From an uncultured Clostridium sp. (GTDB taxonomy: Bacteria; Bacillota; Clostridia; TANB77; CAG-508), in the NCBI GenBank assembly GCA_900555075.1, contig USJO01000002.1:1-57845 (forward strand): a DNA stretch of 57,845 nucleotides, read 5' to 3'. Within the stretch, counting starts at the first letter, position 1; each line of letters begins with the position of its first letter. A program made the translations under genes and the position numbers. Positions 45,896-55,068 of the stretch are shown here, piece by piece. The notes under the pieces were generated by a model, which was not told where the DNA came from, ran no database searches, and saw only the letters and a list, made by a program, of their open reading frames with translations.

Positions 45896-47665
45896 ATGTT
45901 TAAAATAAAATTAGAAGGCGGAAAAACTATGGAGGTTGAGGAAAGCACATATTGGCATACAACAGCACACATTTTAGCACAGGCTGCAAAAAGATTATAT
46001 TCAACAGTTAAATTAACCATAGGACCATCAATAGAAAATGGATTTTACTACGATTTTGATGTAGAAACACCTTTTACAGAAGAAGATATTGAAGCATTAG
46101 AAGAAGAAATGAGAAAAATTATCAAAGAAGACCTAAAAATTGAAAGGTTTGAACTTTCAAGAGAAGAAGCAATAAAGCTAATGAAGGAAAAAGACGAACC
46201 ATATAAAATTGAGCTTATAAATGGTTTGCCAGAGGGAGAAGTAATTTCCTTCTATAAACAAGGAGAATTTGTTGACTTATGCCGTGGACCACACTTACCA
46301 TCAACAGGAAAAGTTAAATCATTTAAATTAACTGCTAAATCATCAGCATATTGGAGAGGAGATTCAAAAAATAAATCTTTACAAAGAATTTATGGAATAT
46401 CCTTCCCAAAAACCTCAGAATTAGAAGAATATTTAAAAAAATTAGAAGAGGCAAAACAAAGAGACCATAGAAAACTTGGCAAAGAGCTAAGCATATTTAT
46501 GACACACGATTTAGTAGGAAAAGGACTTCCAATGTATTTACCTAACGGATATGTAGTATGGGAGATACTAGAAAATTATATTAAAGGAAAAGAAAAAAAA
46601 TTAGACTACAAGCACGTTTTAACACCACCGCTTGCATCTGTAAATTTATATAAAACATCAGGACATTGGGAGCACTATAAAGATAATATGTTTCCAAAGA
46701 TGGAGGTTGAAGGAGAAGAATTTGTATTAAGACCAATGAATTGTCCACATCATATGATGATATATGCAAACACAATACACTCATATAGAGATTTACCAAT
46801 TAGAATTGGTGAGGTTGCAAGAGACTGTAGATTTGAATCAAGTGGAACTTTAAAAGGAATAGAAAGAGTTAGAACCTTCTGCCAAAATGATGCGCATTTA
46901 TTTGTAACACCAGAACAAATAGAATCAGAATTCAAATCAGTAGTAGATTTAATACTAGAAGTATATAAAGAACTAAAAATAACAGACTACCACTTTGAAT
47001 TATCATTAAGAGATCCTAATGACAAAGTTAAATATCATCCAGATGATGAAATGTGGGATAGTGCAGAAGAAAAGCTAAGGCAAGTTTTAAATGATATAGG
47101 AATAGAGTATGAAGAAAAAATAGGAGAAGCAGCATTTTATGGACCAAAACTAGATGTTCAAGTAAAACCAGCAGTAGGAAATGCATACACACTATCAACT
47201 TGTCAACTAGATTTCTGTCTTCCAATGAAATTTAATTTAGCATACATAGATAAAGATGGAAGCAAAAGGACACCAGTAGTACTACATAGAGCAATACTTG
47301 GAAGTATAGATAGATTTATGGCGTACTATCTTGAAGAAACAAAGGGAATACTTCCAACCTGGCTTGCACCAGTACAAGTTAAAATTTTACCAATATCAGA
47401 AGCACATAGAGAGTATGCTAGAAAAATAAAACAACAATTGAAAGACGCTGATATTAGAGTAGAACTAGACGAAAGAGATGAAAAAATAGGATATAAAATA
47501 AGAGAAGCAACAATGCAAAAGATACCATATATGGTAATTTTAGGAGATAAGGAAATTGAAGCAAATGCAATTGGAGTACGTTCAAGGAAAGATGGAGACA
47601 TAGGACAAATGAGTGTGGGCAACTTCATAAATAAAATAAAAGAAGAAGAGAAAAAGTTCGAATAG
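45896..47665 (+). CDS. thrS: Threonine--tRNA ligase, short form lacking the N-terminal TGS domain
   Basis: The HTTAHILAQA editing-domain HxxxH lies at residue 21, whereas in E. coli ThrRS the corresponding motif lies around residue 73 (recalled from memory). Class II motifs LRPMNCPHH and RVRTFCQNDAHLF, plus an anticodon-binding C-terminus. Confidence 0.9.
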   Translation: MFKIKLEGGKTMEVEESTYWHTTAHILAQAAKRLYSTVKLTIGPSIENGFYYDFDVETPFTEEDIEALEEEMRKIIKEDLKIERFELSREEAIKLMKEKDEPYKIELINGLPEGEVISFYKQGEFVDLCRGPHLPSTGKVKSFKLTAKSSAYWRGDSKNKSLQRIYGISFPKTSELEEYLKKLEEAKQRDHRKLGKELSIFMTHDLVGKGLPMYLPNGYVVWEILENYIKGKEKKLDYKHVLTPPLASVNLYKTSGHWEHYKDNMFPKMEVEGEEFVLRPMNCPHHMMIYANTIHSYRDLPIRIGEVARDCRFESSGTLKGIERVRTFCQNDAHLFVTPEQIESEFKSVVDLILEVYKELKITDYHFELSLRDPNDKVKYHPDDEMWDSAEEKLRQVLNDIGIEYEEKIGEAAFYGPKLDVQVKPAVGNAYTLSTCQLDFCLPMKFNLAYIDKDGSKRTPVVLHRAILGSIDRFMAYYLEETKGILPTWLAPVQVKILPISEAHREYARKIKQQLKDADIRVELDERDEKIGYKIREATMQKIPYMVILGDKEIEANAIGVRSRKDGDIGQMSVGNFINKIKEEEKKFE

Positions 47666-47670
47666 AAAAG

Positions 47671-47701
47671 TTTAGGCGGGGCAATCTGCCTAAATTTTTT
47701 G
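47671..47701 (+). terminator. Rho-independent terminator after thrS
   Basis: TTTAGGC / GCCTAAA stem followed by T6. Confidence 0.75.
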
Positions 47702-47775
47702 CCGAAAAAACTTGAAAAATACCTGTGGAGTATGATATAGTATATAACAAATAAGAGGTATGGAGGGAAATTTTA

Positions 47776-49266
47776 ATGAAAAAAGGTAGAAGATATGATG
47801 AACCAAAACTAAACTTAAAAAAAGTATTTGGAACAATTATTACAATAGCAGTAGCTGTAATGATAATCATAACAATTAACAAGATTCTAAATAAAGAAGC
47901 AGAAAAAATCCAAACCGAAAAACTTACATACTTTTCAGCATATGTAGATGGAAAATGGGGAGTAATAAATAACAAAGGAGAAAAAGTAATAGATACCACT
48001 TATGATGAAATGATTACAATTCCAAACCCAGAAAAAGCGGTATTTGTTTGTACATATGATGTAAATGATGCAACAGGAGAATACAAAACAAAAGTAATAA
48101 ATGAAAAAGGAGAAGAACTATTTACTGGGTATGATAAAGTTGAAACAATAGAAAACTTTGATTCAAAGCAAAATGTGTGGTATGAAAAAAATTTACTTAG
48201 AGTTTCAAAAGGTGGCAAATATGGATTAATAGATTATGATGGTAAGAACCTACTAGATTGTGAATATGAGGAAATCACATCATTAAAAAGTGTTGAAGAA
48301 AACTTAGTAATAAAAAAAGACAATAAAGTAGGAGTTATAAATAATGTAGGACAAGTTATAATACCATTAGAATATAAAGATATAAAGGTTTTAAAAGAGG
48401 GGTATAAAAACGAATATATCATAGTAGATGAAAACGGTAATTCTGGAATTATAAGTACTAGTGGTACAATAATTGTAAATCCAGCATATAAGGAAATAAA
48501 ATATCTAAATAGTACAGAAGTATATGCAGCTAAAATAGAAGACAAATGGAACTTAATTAACAAAAAAGGAGAAGTTATAAACAATAGTTATGAAGACTAT
48601 ATATATTCAAAAGGAGATTATATAATAGCAAAAAATGGAGGGAAATATGGAATAATAACTACCTCAGGAGAAGTAAAAATAGAGCCAACATATGAAGAAC
48701 TAAGATATGCTTTTTCAGTATATTACATAGCAAAGAAAGACTCCAAATATGGAATAATAAACACGGAGAATACAGCAATAATACCACTAGAATACATCAG
48801 AATGGAATATTGGGAAGATAAAGAAATTATAATAGCAGATAAAACCGAAACTGAAACAGTTCTATTTGACAGCAACCTAACAGAAAAACTAAAGGGAATA
48901 TTTGTATTTGAAAAAGACTATATAAAAGCAAGAATAGGCACAGAAGACAAATACTACACATATAATTTTGAAGAAAAGCAAGCAAAAGACATACTAACAA
49001 AAAACACACTATTTGTAAGCAAAAAAGATGGAAAGTATGGATTCGTAGACAGCCAAGGGAATGTAGTAGTAAACTATATATATGACGAAGCAAAAGAACA
49101 AAATCAATATGGATTTTCAGCTATAAAACAAAATGGACTTTGGGGCTCAATAGACAAGGGAGGAAAAGTAGTTTTACAACCACAAGTAAACCTAGATAAC
49201 AGCATATACATAGACTTCATAAGAGAATGGCATTTGGCAGATGAAGGATTTTACTATACAAAATAA
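47776..49266 (+). CDS. WG-repeat (KWG-like) protein with N-terminal membrane anchor
   Basis: Eight or more repeats of D/G-G-K-W/Y-G-hydrophobic-I-hydrophilic-G motifs (DGKWGVINNKGE, GGKYGLIDYDGK, DNKVGVINNVGQ, GGKYGIITTSGE, DGKYGFVDSQGN, NGLWGSIDKGGK). Confidence 0.7.
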   Translation: MKKGRRYDEPKLNLKKVFGTIITIAVAVMIIITINKILNKEAEKIQTEKLTYFSAYVDGKWGVINNKGEKVIDTTYDEMITIPNPEKAVFVCTYDVNDATGEYKTKVINEKGEELFTGYDKVETIENFDSKQNVWYEKNLLRVSKGGKYGLIDYDGKNLLDCEYEEITSLKSVEENLVIKKDNKVGVINNVGQVIIPLEYKDIKVLKEGYKNEYIIVDENGNSGIISTSGTIIVNPAYKEIKYLNSTEVYAAKIEDKWNLINKKGEVINNSYEDYIYSKGDYIIAKNGGKYGIITTSGEVKIEPTYEELRYAFSVYYIAKKDSKYGIINTENTAIIPLEYIRMEYWEDKEIIIADKTETETVLFDSNLTEKLKGIFVFEKDYIKARIGTEDKYYTYNFEEKQAKDILTKNTLFVSKKDGKYGFVDSQGNVVVNYIYDEAKEQNQYGFSAIKQNGLWGSIDKGGKVVLQPQVNLDNSIYIDFIREWHLADEGFYYTK

Positions 49267-49316
49267 TTGTCCTAATTAGGGGCAGTACCCACTTGGGACA
49301 AAACAAGGAGAAAAAG

Positions 49317-49694
49317 ATGCGCATATTATGTGGAACCGATATAATTGAAATAGATAGAATAAGAAAATCTATAGAAAAAAATGGAGATAAATTTTTAAAC
49401 TCAGTATATACTGCAAAAGAAATTGAATATTGCGAAGGTAGAAAAAACGCAAAATATAACCACTATGCAGGCAGATTTGCAGCAAAAGAGGCAATATATA
49501 AAGCAATATCGCAATTACTACCAGAAAAATTTGGGATATCATGGAAAGATGTTCAGGTTGTAAATGATGAAAACGGAAATCCCAAAATAGAATTTTTAAA
49601 TATAACTTTTAATCAAATTAAGAGTACAGATATAAGCATATCACATTGCCAAGAATATGCTGTTGCAATGGTAACTTTAATTGTAGATGAATAA
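49317..49694 (+). CDS. acpS: Holo-[acyl-carrier-protein] synthase
   Basis: GTDIIEIDRI, FAAKEAIYKA and ISISHCQEYAVA motifs. ATG 49317 follows AAGGAG. Confidence 0.9.
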   Translation: MRILCGTDIIEIDRIRKSIEKNGDKFLNSVYTAKEIEYCEGRKNAKYNHYAGRFAAKEAIYKAISQLLPEKFGISWKDVQVVNDENGNPKIEFLNITFNQIKSTDISISHCQEYAVAMVTLIVDE

Positions 49695-49753
49695 AAAAAA
49701 TAAATATGGAAAAGCTTGGAGTAGGTAAGTGTAACAGAAAGGATGTGGTTCAA

Positions 49754-51241
49754 ATGGAGTCATATTGGGTTCAAACGACTACTAGACCAAGCTTTTTAAA
49801 ATTAGAAAAAGAATTAAATACAGACGTATGTATAATAGGAGCAGGTATAACAGGAATTATGACAGCATATATGCTTCTAGATTCAGGACTAAAAATATGT
49901 TTAATAGACAAAGGAGAAATTTGTAGTGGAGTAACCGAAAACACTACAGCGAAAATAACAAGCCAACATAACTTAATATATAGGTATTTAGAAGATACTT
50001 TTGGAGAAGAGTTTTCTAAAAAATACTTAAAATCAAATGAAGAAGCGATAAATGAGATAGAAGAAATTGTTAAAAAAGAGCAAATAGACTGTGAATTTCG
50101 AAGAACAGACAATTACATTTATACCTGTACAGATGAGTATGTTCAAAGAATAAAAGATGAAGCAGACACTCTAAAAAGGTTAGGATTAGAAGTGGAGCTA
50201 ATAGATAAAATAGATCTGCCATTTAAAATAAAGTTGGCAATAAAAGCTCCAAATCAAGCGAAATTCCATCCATTAAAATATCTATATAAAATAGTAGAGA
50301 TATTAGAACAAAATAATGTGGAAATATATACGAACTCGAGAGTTCAAGATATAGAAAAAAATGGGGAAACGTATAACATAAAAACAGATGAGCATATAAT
50401 AAATGCAAAATATGTAGTTATGGCAACACACTATCCAATAAAAAGTTTTCCTGGACTATACTTTTTAAAAATGTATCAAGATAGATCTTATGAAATAGCA
50501 ATAGAACCACACTATAAAATACCAGAAGGAATGTATATTTCAGCAGAGACACCAGTAGCATCATTTAGATCAATAAATGATGAGCTACTTATAATTGGAG
50601 GACAAGGACACAAAACAGGAGACAATAGTAAAGATTTAAATCTGTGTTATAAAAGTCTTGAAACTTATGCAAAAGAGATATACCCATCAATGAAAACAAA
50701 GTATAAATGGAATACTCAAGACTGTGTTTCACTAGATAAAGTACCATATATAGGAGACTTTTCAAATTTAATGCCACATTTATATGTTGCAACAGGATAT
50801 AAAAAATGGGGAATGACAACCTCTCACATAGCAGCAAAAATCATAAGAGATAGAATATTAGGAAGAGATAATGAATATAATGAAATATATAAAGCAACAA
50901 GGATGGCACCATTAAAAAATCACGAAGAATTTGGAAGTATGCTAAAACAAACAGCATATTCACTAGGAATAAACAAATTGAAAATGCCTGAATATAAATT
51001 CCAAGACTTAAACAAAGATAGTGGGGGAGTAGTAGAATATAAAAATAAAAAACTAGGAGTATATAAAGATAAAAATGGAAAAGTATTTGTAGTAAAACCA
51101 TATTGCAAGCACTTAGGCTGTGAGCTTAGCTGGAACAACCTAGAAAAAACTTGGGATTGCCCTTGCCACGGTTCAAGATATGATTACACAGGAAAACTAA
51201 TAACAGAACCAGCGACAGAAGATTTAGATAGATTTGAATAA
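49754..51241 (+). CDS. FAD-dependent oxidoreductase fused to a C-terminal Rieske [2Fe-2S] domain
   Basis: DVCIIGAGITG dinucleotide fold. Rieske motifs CKHLGC and CPCHGS near the C-terminus. The start is uncertain (49706 or 49754). Confidence 0.75.
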   Translation: MESYWVQTTTRPSFLKLEKELNTDVCIIGAGITGIMTAYMLLDSGLKICLIDKGEICSGVTENTTAKITSQHNLIYRYLEDTFGEEFSKKYLKSNEEAINEIEEIVKKEQIDCEFRRTDNYIYTCTDEYVQRIKDEADTLKRLGLEVELIDKIDLPFKIKLAIKAPNQAKFHPLKYLYKIVEILEQNNVEIYTNSRVQDIEKNGETYNIKTDEHIINAKYVVMATHYPIKSFPGLYFLKMYQDRSYEIAIEPHYKIPEGMYISAETPVASFRSINDELLIIGGQGHKTGDNSKDLNLCYKSLETYAKEIYPSMKTKYKWNTQDCVSLDKVPYIGDFSNLMPHLYVATGYKKWGMTTSHIAAKIIRDRILGRDNEYNEIYKATRMAPLKNHEEFGSMLKQTAYSLGINKLKMPEYKFQDLNKDSGGVVEYKNKKLGVYKDKNGKVFVVKPYCKHLGCELSWNNLEKTWDCPCHGSRYDYTGKLITEPATEDLDRFE

Positions 51242-51265
51242 CTTTAACAAATATCAAAAAAAAAC

Positions 51266-51294
51266 TTGAAAAAGTTCGTAAAAGCTAGTATAAT
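51266..51294 (+). promoter_or_regulatory. Sigma-A promoter of tRNA-Arg
   Basis: TTGAAA, 17 nt spacer, TATAAT. Confidence 0.6.
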
Positions 51295-51320
51295 AATAAT
51301 TGCGTAAAAACGTAATTAAA

Positions 51321-51397
<77 letters not shown>

Positions 51398-51549
51398 GGT
51401 GCGCGATTTAGAAGTCATTAATTAATAATGAATAACGAAAATGAATAATACTTTGAGTAGTATAGAAAGAAACACCTAGAAAAATTTAACTATTTTAGAC
51501 TTTTATGTGTAAGTAAATTAAAAAAATAAAAAAAAATTTTAAAAAACAC

Positions 51550-51578
51550 TTGCAATATACTAAAATATATGGTATTAT
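51550..51578 (+). promoter_or_regulatory. Sigma-A promoter of tRNA-Pro
   Basis: TTGCAA, 17 nt spacer, TATTAT. Confidence 0.6.
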
Positions 51579-51597
51579 ATTAATTGTTAAAAGCAAA

Positions 51598-51673
51598 CGG
51601 GGTGTGGCTCAGTTGGTAGAGCGCGTGGTTTGGGACCATGAGGTCGCACGTTCGATTCGTGTCGCCCCGACCA
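51598..51673 (+). tRNA. tRNA-Pro (anticodon TGG), CCA encoded
   Basis: Acceptor CGGGGTG/CGCCCCG, anticodon stem CGTGG/CCATG with loop TTTGGGA, T-loop TTCGATT. Confidence 0.95.
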
Positions 51674-51678
51674 AATTT

Positions 51679-51708
51679 AGAAGAATTCTTAGGAGTTCTT
51701 CTTTTTTT
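51679..51708 (+). terminator. Rho-independent terminator after tRNA-Pro
   Basis: AGAAGAA / TTCTTCT stem followed by T7. Confidence 0.75.
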
Positions 51709-51810
51709 GCATTTATGAGCAAATACTGACTATTACTGCATTACACACAATTTATTTAAACTTTTTCAGCCTTTCTAAAACTTCCATAAAATCTATAAAT
51801 CTTTAAGTAA

Positions 51811-51871
51811 ATGCAGTCAATATGCAGTCAATTTTATAATTAATTGATTTTCTTCAATTTTGACTGCATAT
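51811..51871. repeat. Cluster of three ATGCAGTCAA(T) motifs (two tandem direct, one inverted) at the left edge of the copper islet
   Basis: ATGCAGTCAAT at 51811-51821 and 51822-51832. The inverted copy TTGACTGCATAT lies at 51860-51871. The same 12-mer ATATGCAGTCAA recurs at 55583-55594. Confidence 0.8.
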
Positions 51872-52005
51872 AAATTTATTTCAGATAATAAAACAGTTGG
51901 TATTACTAGAAAAAACAACTTTGATTTGAATGTAAAATACAATTTACAATAGGCATAATATCAATCTCTTTATGTTGTAAAATGTAATAAAATATGATAA
52001 TATAC

Positions 52006-52143
52006 TTACTGATAACTAGTAATTTTTTCTTTTTCTTCCGTAAATACAGAACTGATAACATCTACCACTTTTTGAGTCCTTCCAGTTGCACTAAATACAA
52101 TTTCATTACAATTCTCCTTAATTTTTATACTATATAAATTCAT
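52006..52143 (-). pseudogene. 45-codon remnant resembling the N-terminus of a flavodoxin-like protein
   Basis: Translates to MNLYSIKIKENCNEIVFSATGRTQKVVDVISSVFTEEKEKITSYQ. The (I/V)VFSATGxT.KV pattern resembles flavodoxin-fold N-termini. It is far too short to be functional. Confidence 0.3.
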
Positions 52144-52226
52144 ATCATAAAATAATAAAATTTTAAATCTTTATAGAGGCTAAATAATGCTAGAAAAATA
52201 AATGCTTTTGACAATATACCCCCTTA

Positions 52227-52255
52227 TTTACAAAATACCCATTTGGGTATATAAT
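52227..52255 (+). promoter_or_regulatory. cop operon promoter with embedded CsoR operator palindrome
   Basis: TTTACA (52227-52232), 17 nt spacer, TATAAT (52250-52255). The spacer carries the perfect palindrome ATACCCATTTGGGTAT (52235-52250), a TACCC/GGGTA type as in known CsoR operators. Confidence 0.65.
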
Positions 52256-52274
52256 ACTTTAAGGTGGTGAAAAA

Positions 52275-52574
52275 ATGAATAAAGAATGTTGTCAAAAAAA
52301 GACAAAAAGAACTGAAAAAGAGAAACAATTAATTAATAATAGATTAAATCGAATCGAAGGACAAATAAGAGGTGTAAAAAAGATGATAGGAGAAGATGCA
52401 TATTGTAACGATGTTTTGGTTCAACTATCTGCAATAGAAAACTCTGTGAAAAGTTTGTCTAATCAAGTTTTAGAAAATCATTTATATAATTGTATATCTC
52501 GTGATTTGAAAAATGGTAAAGTTGATACAATAGATGAAATAATAAGTTTGTTTAAAAGATTCAATAAAGGATAA
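52275..52574 (+). CDS. csoR: Copper-sensing transcriptional repressor CsoR
   Basis: LNRIEGQIRGVKKMIGEDAYCNDVLVQLSAIENSV with the conserved Cys, then His and Cys in the ENHLYNC segment. Confidence 0.85.
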   Translation: MNKECCQKKTKRTEKEKQLINNRLNRIEGQIRGVKKMIGEDAYCNDVLVQLSAIENSVKSLSNQVLENHLYNCISRDLKNGKVDTIDEIISLFKRFNKG

Positions 52575-52613
52575 AATTTTATTTAATTAATTTAAGGAAA
52601 GGAACTGATAAAA

Positions 52614-52826
52614 ATGGAAGAAATAGTTTTAAAAGTAAATGGTATGATGTGTGGAGGATGTGAAAATAGGGTAAAAAATGCAGTTCAAAACATAGATGGA
52701 GTAGAATCAGTAATAGCAGATCATAATACAGGTAAAGTTGTTGTAACAACAAATAAAGAGGTATCAGAAAATATTATTATAGAAACACTTGAAGATATAG
52801 GATATGAAATTGTAAAGGAAGATTAG
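52614..52826 (+). CDS. copZ: Copper chaperone CopZ (HMA domain)
   Basis: 70 aa with the VNGMMCGGCENRVKNAV metal-binding MxCxxC motif. Confidence 0.85.
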   Translation: MEEIVLKVNGMMCGGCENRVKNAVQNIDGVESVIADHNTGKVVVTTNKEVSENIIIETLEDIGYEIVKED

Positions 52827-52828
52827 GT

Positions 52829-55033
52829 ATGAAGAAAATAATTTTATCTATTGATGGAATGACTTGTTCAGCCTGTTCAAATGGACTAGAAAAATATTTA
52901 AACAAACAAGATGGAATTATATCGGCAGGAGTAAATCTTGTAATGGCAAACGCAACTATTGAATATGATGAAAAAATGTTAAATCAAACTAAAATAGAAG
53001 AATTTATAAAAAAAGCAGGTTTTAAAAGTCTAGGAGAATTTAAGGAAATAAAGCAAGATCGTAAAAGTAAAAAAGAAAAAATTAAGTTTATTGCTTTTAC
53101 AATACTAGCAATAGTTTTAATGTTTATATCTATGGGGCATATGATAAATCTGCATACAATTCCATTTCTTGATCCACATACAAATACTACAAATTATATG
53201 ATGACATTACTTGTATTAACAATAGCATTTATAATTTACGGATTTGATATTATAAAAAATGGATATAAAAATTTAATTCATAAAACGCCTAATATGGATA
53301 CATTAGTTGGTATAGGAGTGATTACAAGTTTTTTATATAGCTTATATAATATGTATTTAGTTTTTTCTGGAAATCACCATCAGGTTATGAACTTATATTT
53401 CGAATCATCAGCAATAGTAATATATTTTATAAAATTAGGAAGATATATTGATGGAATAAGTAAAGATAAAACAAAAGAGGCTATACAAAAATTAGTTAAA
53501 ATAACACCTAATAATGCAGTAATAAAAATAGATGGAAAATTAAGGGAAGTTACACTTGATGAAATTCATAAAGGAGATATAGTTGTAAGTCGAGCAGGAG
53601 AAAAAATTGCAGTAGATGGTACAATTATAGAAGGAAAAGCACATTTAGATGAATCATTTATAACAGGAGAAAGTAAACCTATATCAAAAGAAATAGGAAG
53701 TAATGTAATTGCAGGTAGTTTAAATTATGATGGTTATATAGAATACAAAGCAGAACGAATTGGAAAAGAGTCTACTGTATCAGAAATAGTTCGACTTGTT
53801 GTAGAGGCATCAAATACTAAAGCACCAATTGCAAAAATAGCAGATAAAGTATCAGGGTATTTTGTTCCATTAGTTATAGCTATAGCAATATTAACATTTA
53901 TAGTTTATCTAATTATTGGGCAAGGTCTTGAAAGTGCAATAACAACATTTGTAACTATATTAGTTGTTGCTTGTCCTTGTAGTTTAGGATTAGCTACTCC
54001 ACTTGCAATAATTGTAAGTGAAGGCTTATGTGCAACAAATGGAATATTGATAAAGAAAAGTGAAATACTTGAAAATGCACAAAAAACAAACACTGTAATA
54101 TTTGATAAAACAGGAACATTAACTTATGGTAAATTAAAAATATCAGAAATAAAAAATTATAGCAATATTGAAAATAATGAATTATTGCAAATAGTTGGAA
54201 GTATAGAAAGTAAATCTACACATCCAATAGGAAAGGCTTTTGTAGATTATTTAGAAGATAATAAAATACCTATTTTAGAAGTTAAAGAATTTGAAAATGT
54301 TACAGGATATGGAATTATTGGAAGAGTAAATAACAAAAAGGTTATAATTGGAAATTCTAAAATTTTAGAAAGTTATAAAATTGAAAACAAATATGAACAA
54401 GATGAAAGAAATTTGGCAAGTAGAGGAAATAGCATTGTTTATGTTGTGCAAGATGAAAAAGTTGTTGCACTAATTGGAGTAAATGATATTGTAAGAAAAG
54501 AAGCAAAAGATGTAATAAAAAAACTGTCAGATATGAAAATTGAAACAATTATGTTAACAGGAGATAATAAAGAAACAGCAAATAAAATAGCAAACGAATT
54601 AGGAATAATAAAGGTCATTGCAAATGTGTTACCTAAAGAAAAATCAAACACGATAAAAGAGCTAAGACAAAAAAATAAATTTGTAATGATGTGTGGAGAT
54701 GGTATAAATGATAGCCCAGCAATAGCAAATTCTGATATAGGAGTAAGTGTAAATAGTGGAACAGATATAGCAATGGATTCATCAGATATTATTCTAACCA
54801 AAAATAATTTAGAAAGCATAGTAAATTTAATAAATATAAGTAAAAAAACAATTAGAAACATTAAGCAAAATTTATTTTGGGCTTTTTTCTATAATTGTTT
54901 GATGATACCAGTAGCAATGGGACTATTTAAAACATTTGGTATTTCCATAAATCCAATGTTAGCAAGTCTTGCAATGGTATTAAGTAGTATTACAGTTATA
55001 TTAAACACATTAAGATTAAAGAAAATAAAATAA
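52829..55033 (+). CDS. copA: Copper-translocating P1B-type ATPase
   Basis: N-terminal HMA domain (GMTCSACS), TGES, CPC in VVACPCSLGLATP, the DKTGTLT phosphorylation site and the GDGINDSPA hinge. Confidence 0.9.
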   Translation: MKKIILSIDGMTCSACSNGLEKYLNKQDGIISAGVNLVMANATIEYDEKMLNQTKIEEFIKKAGFKSLGEFKEIKQDRKSKKEKIKFIAFTILAIVLMFISMGHMINLHTIPFLDPHTNTTNYMMTLLVLTIAFIIYGFDIIKNGYKNLIHKTPNMDTLVGIGVITSFLYSLYNMYLVFSGNHHQVMNLYFESSAIVIYFIKLGRYIDGISKDKTKEAIQKLVKITPNNAVIKIDGKLREVTLDEIHKGDIVVSRAGEKIAVDGTIIEGKAHLDESFITGESKPISKEIGSNVIAGSLNYDGYIEYKAERIGKESTVSEIVRLVVEASNTKAPIAKIADKVSGYFVPLVIAIAILTFIVYLIIGQGLESAITTFVTILVVACPCSLGLATPLAIIVSEGLCATNGILIKKSEILENAQKTNTVIFDKTGTLTYGKLKISEIKNYSNIENNELLQIVGSIESKSTHPIGKAFVDYLEDNKIPILEVKEFENVTGYGIIGRVNNKKVIIGNSKILESYKIENKYEQDERNLASRGNSIVYVVQDEKVVALIGVNDIVRKEAKDVIKKLSDMKIETIMLTGDNKETANKIANELGIIKVIANVLPKEKSNTIKELRQKNKFVMMCGDGINDSPAIANSDIGVSVNSGTDIAMDSSDIILTKNNLESIVNLINISKKTIRNIKQNLFWAFFYNCLMIPVAMGLFKTFGISINPMLASLAMVLSSITVILNTLRLKKIK

Positions 55034-55068
55034 CAGATTTTGAAATTCACTATATAAATGAAAGTAAA

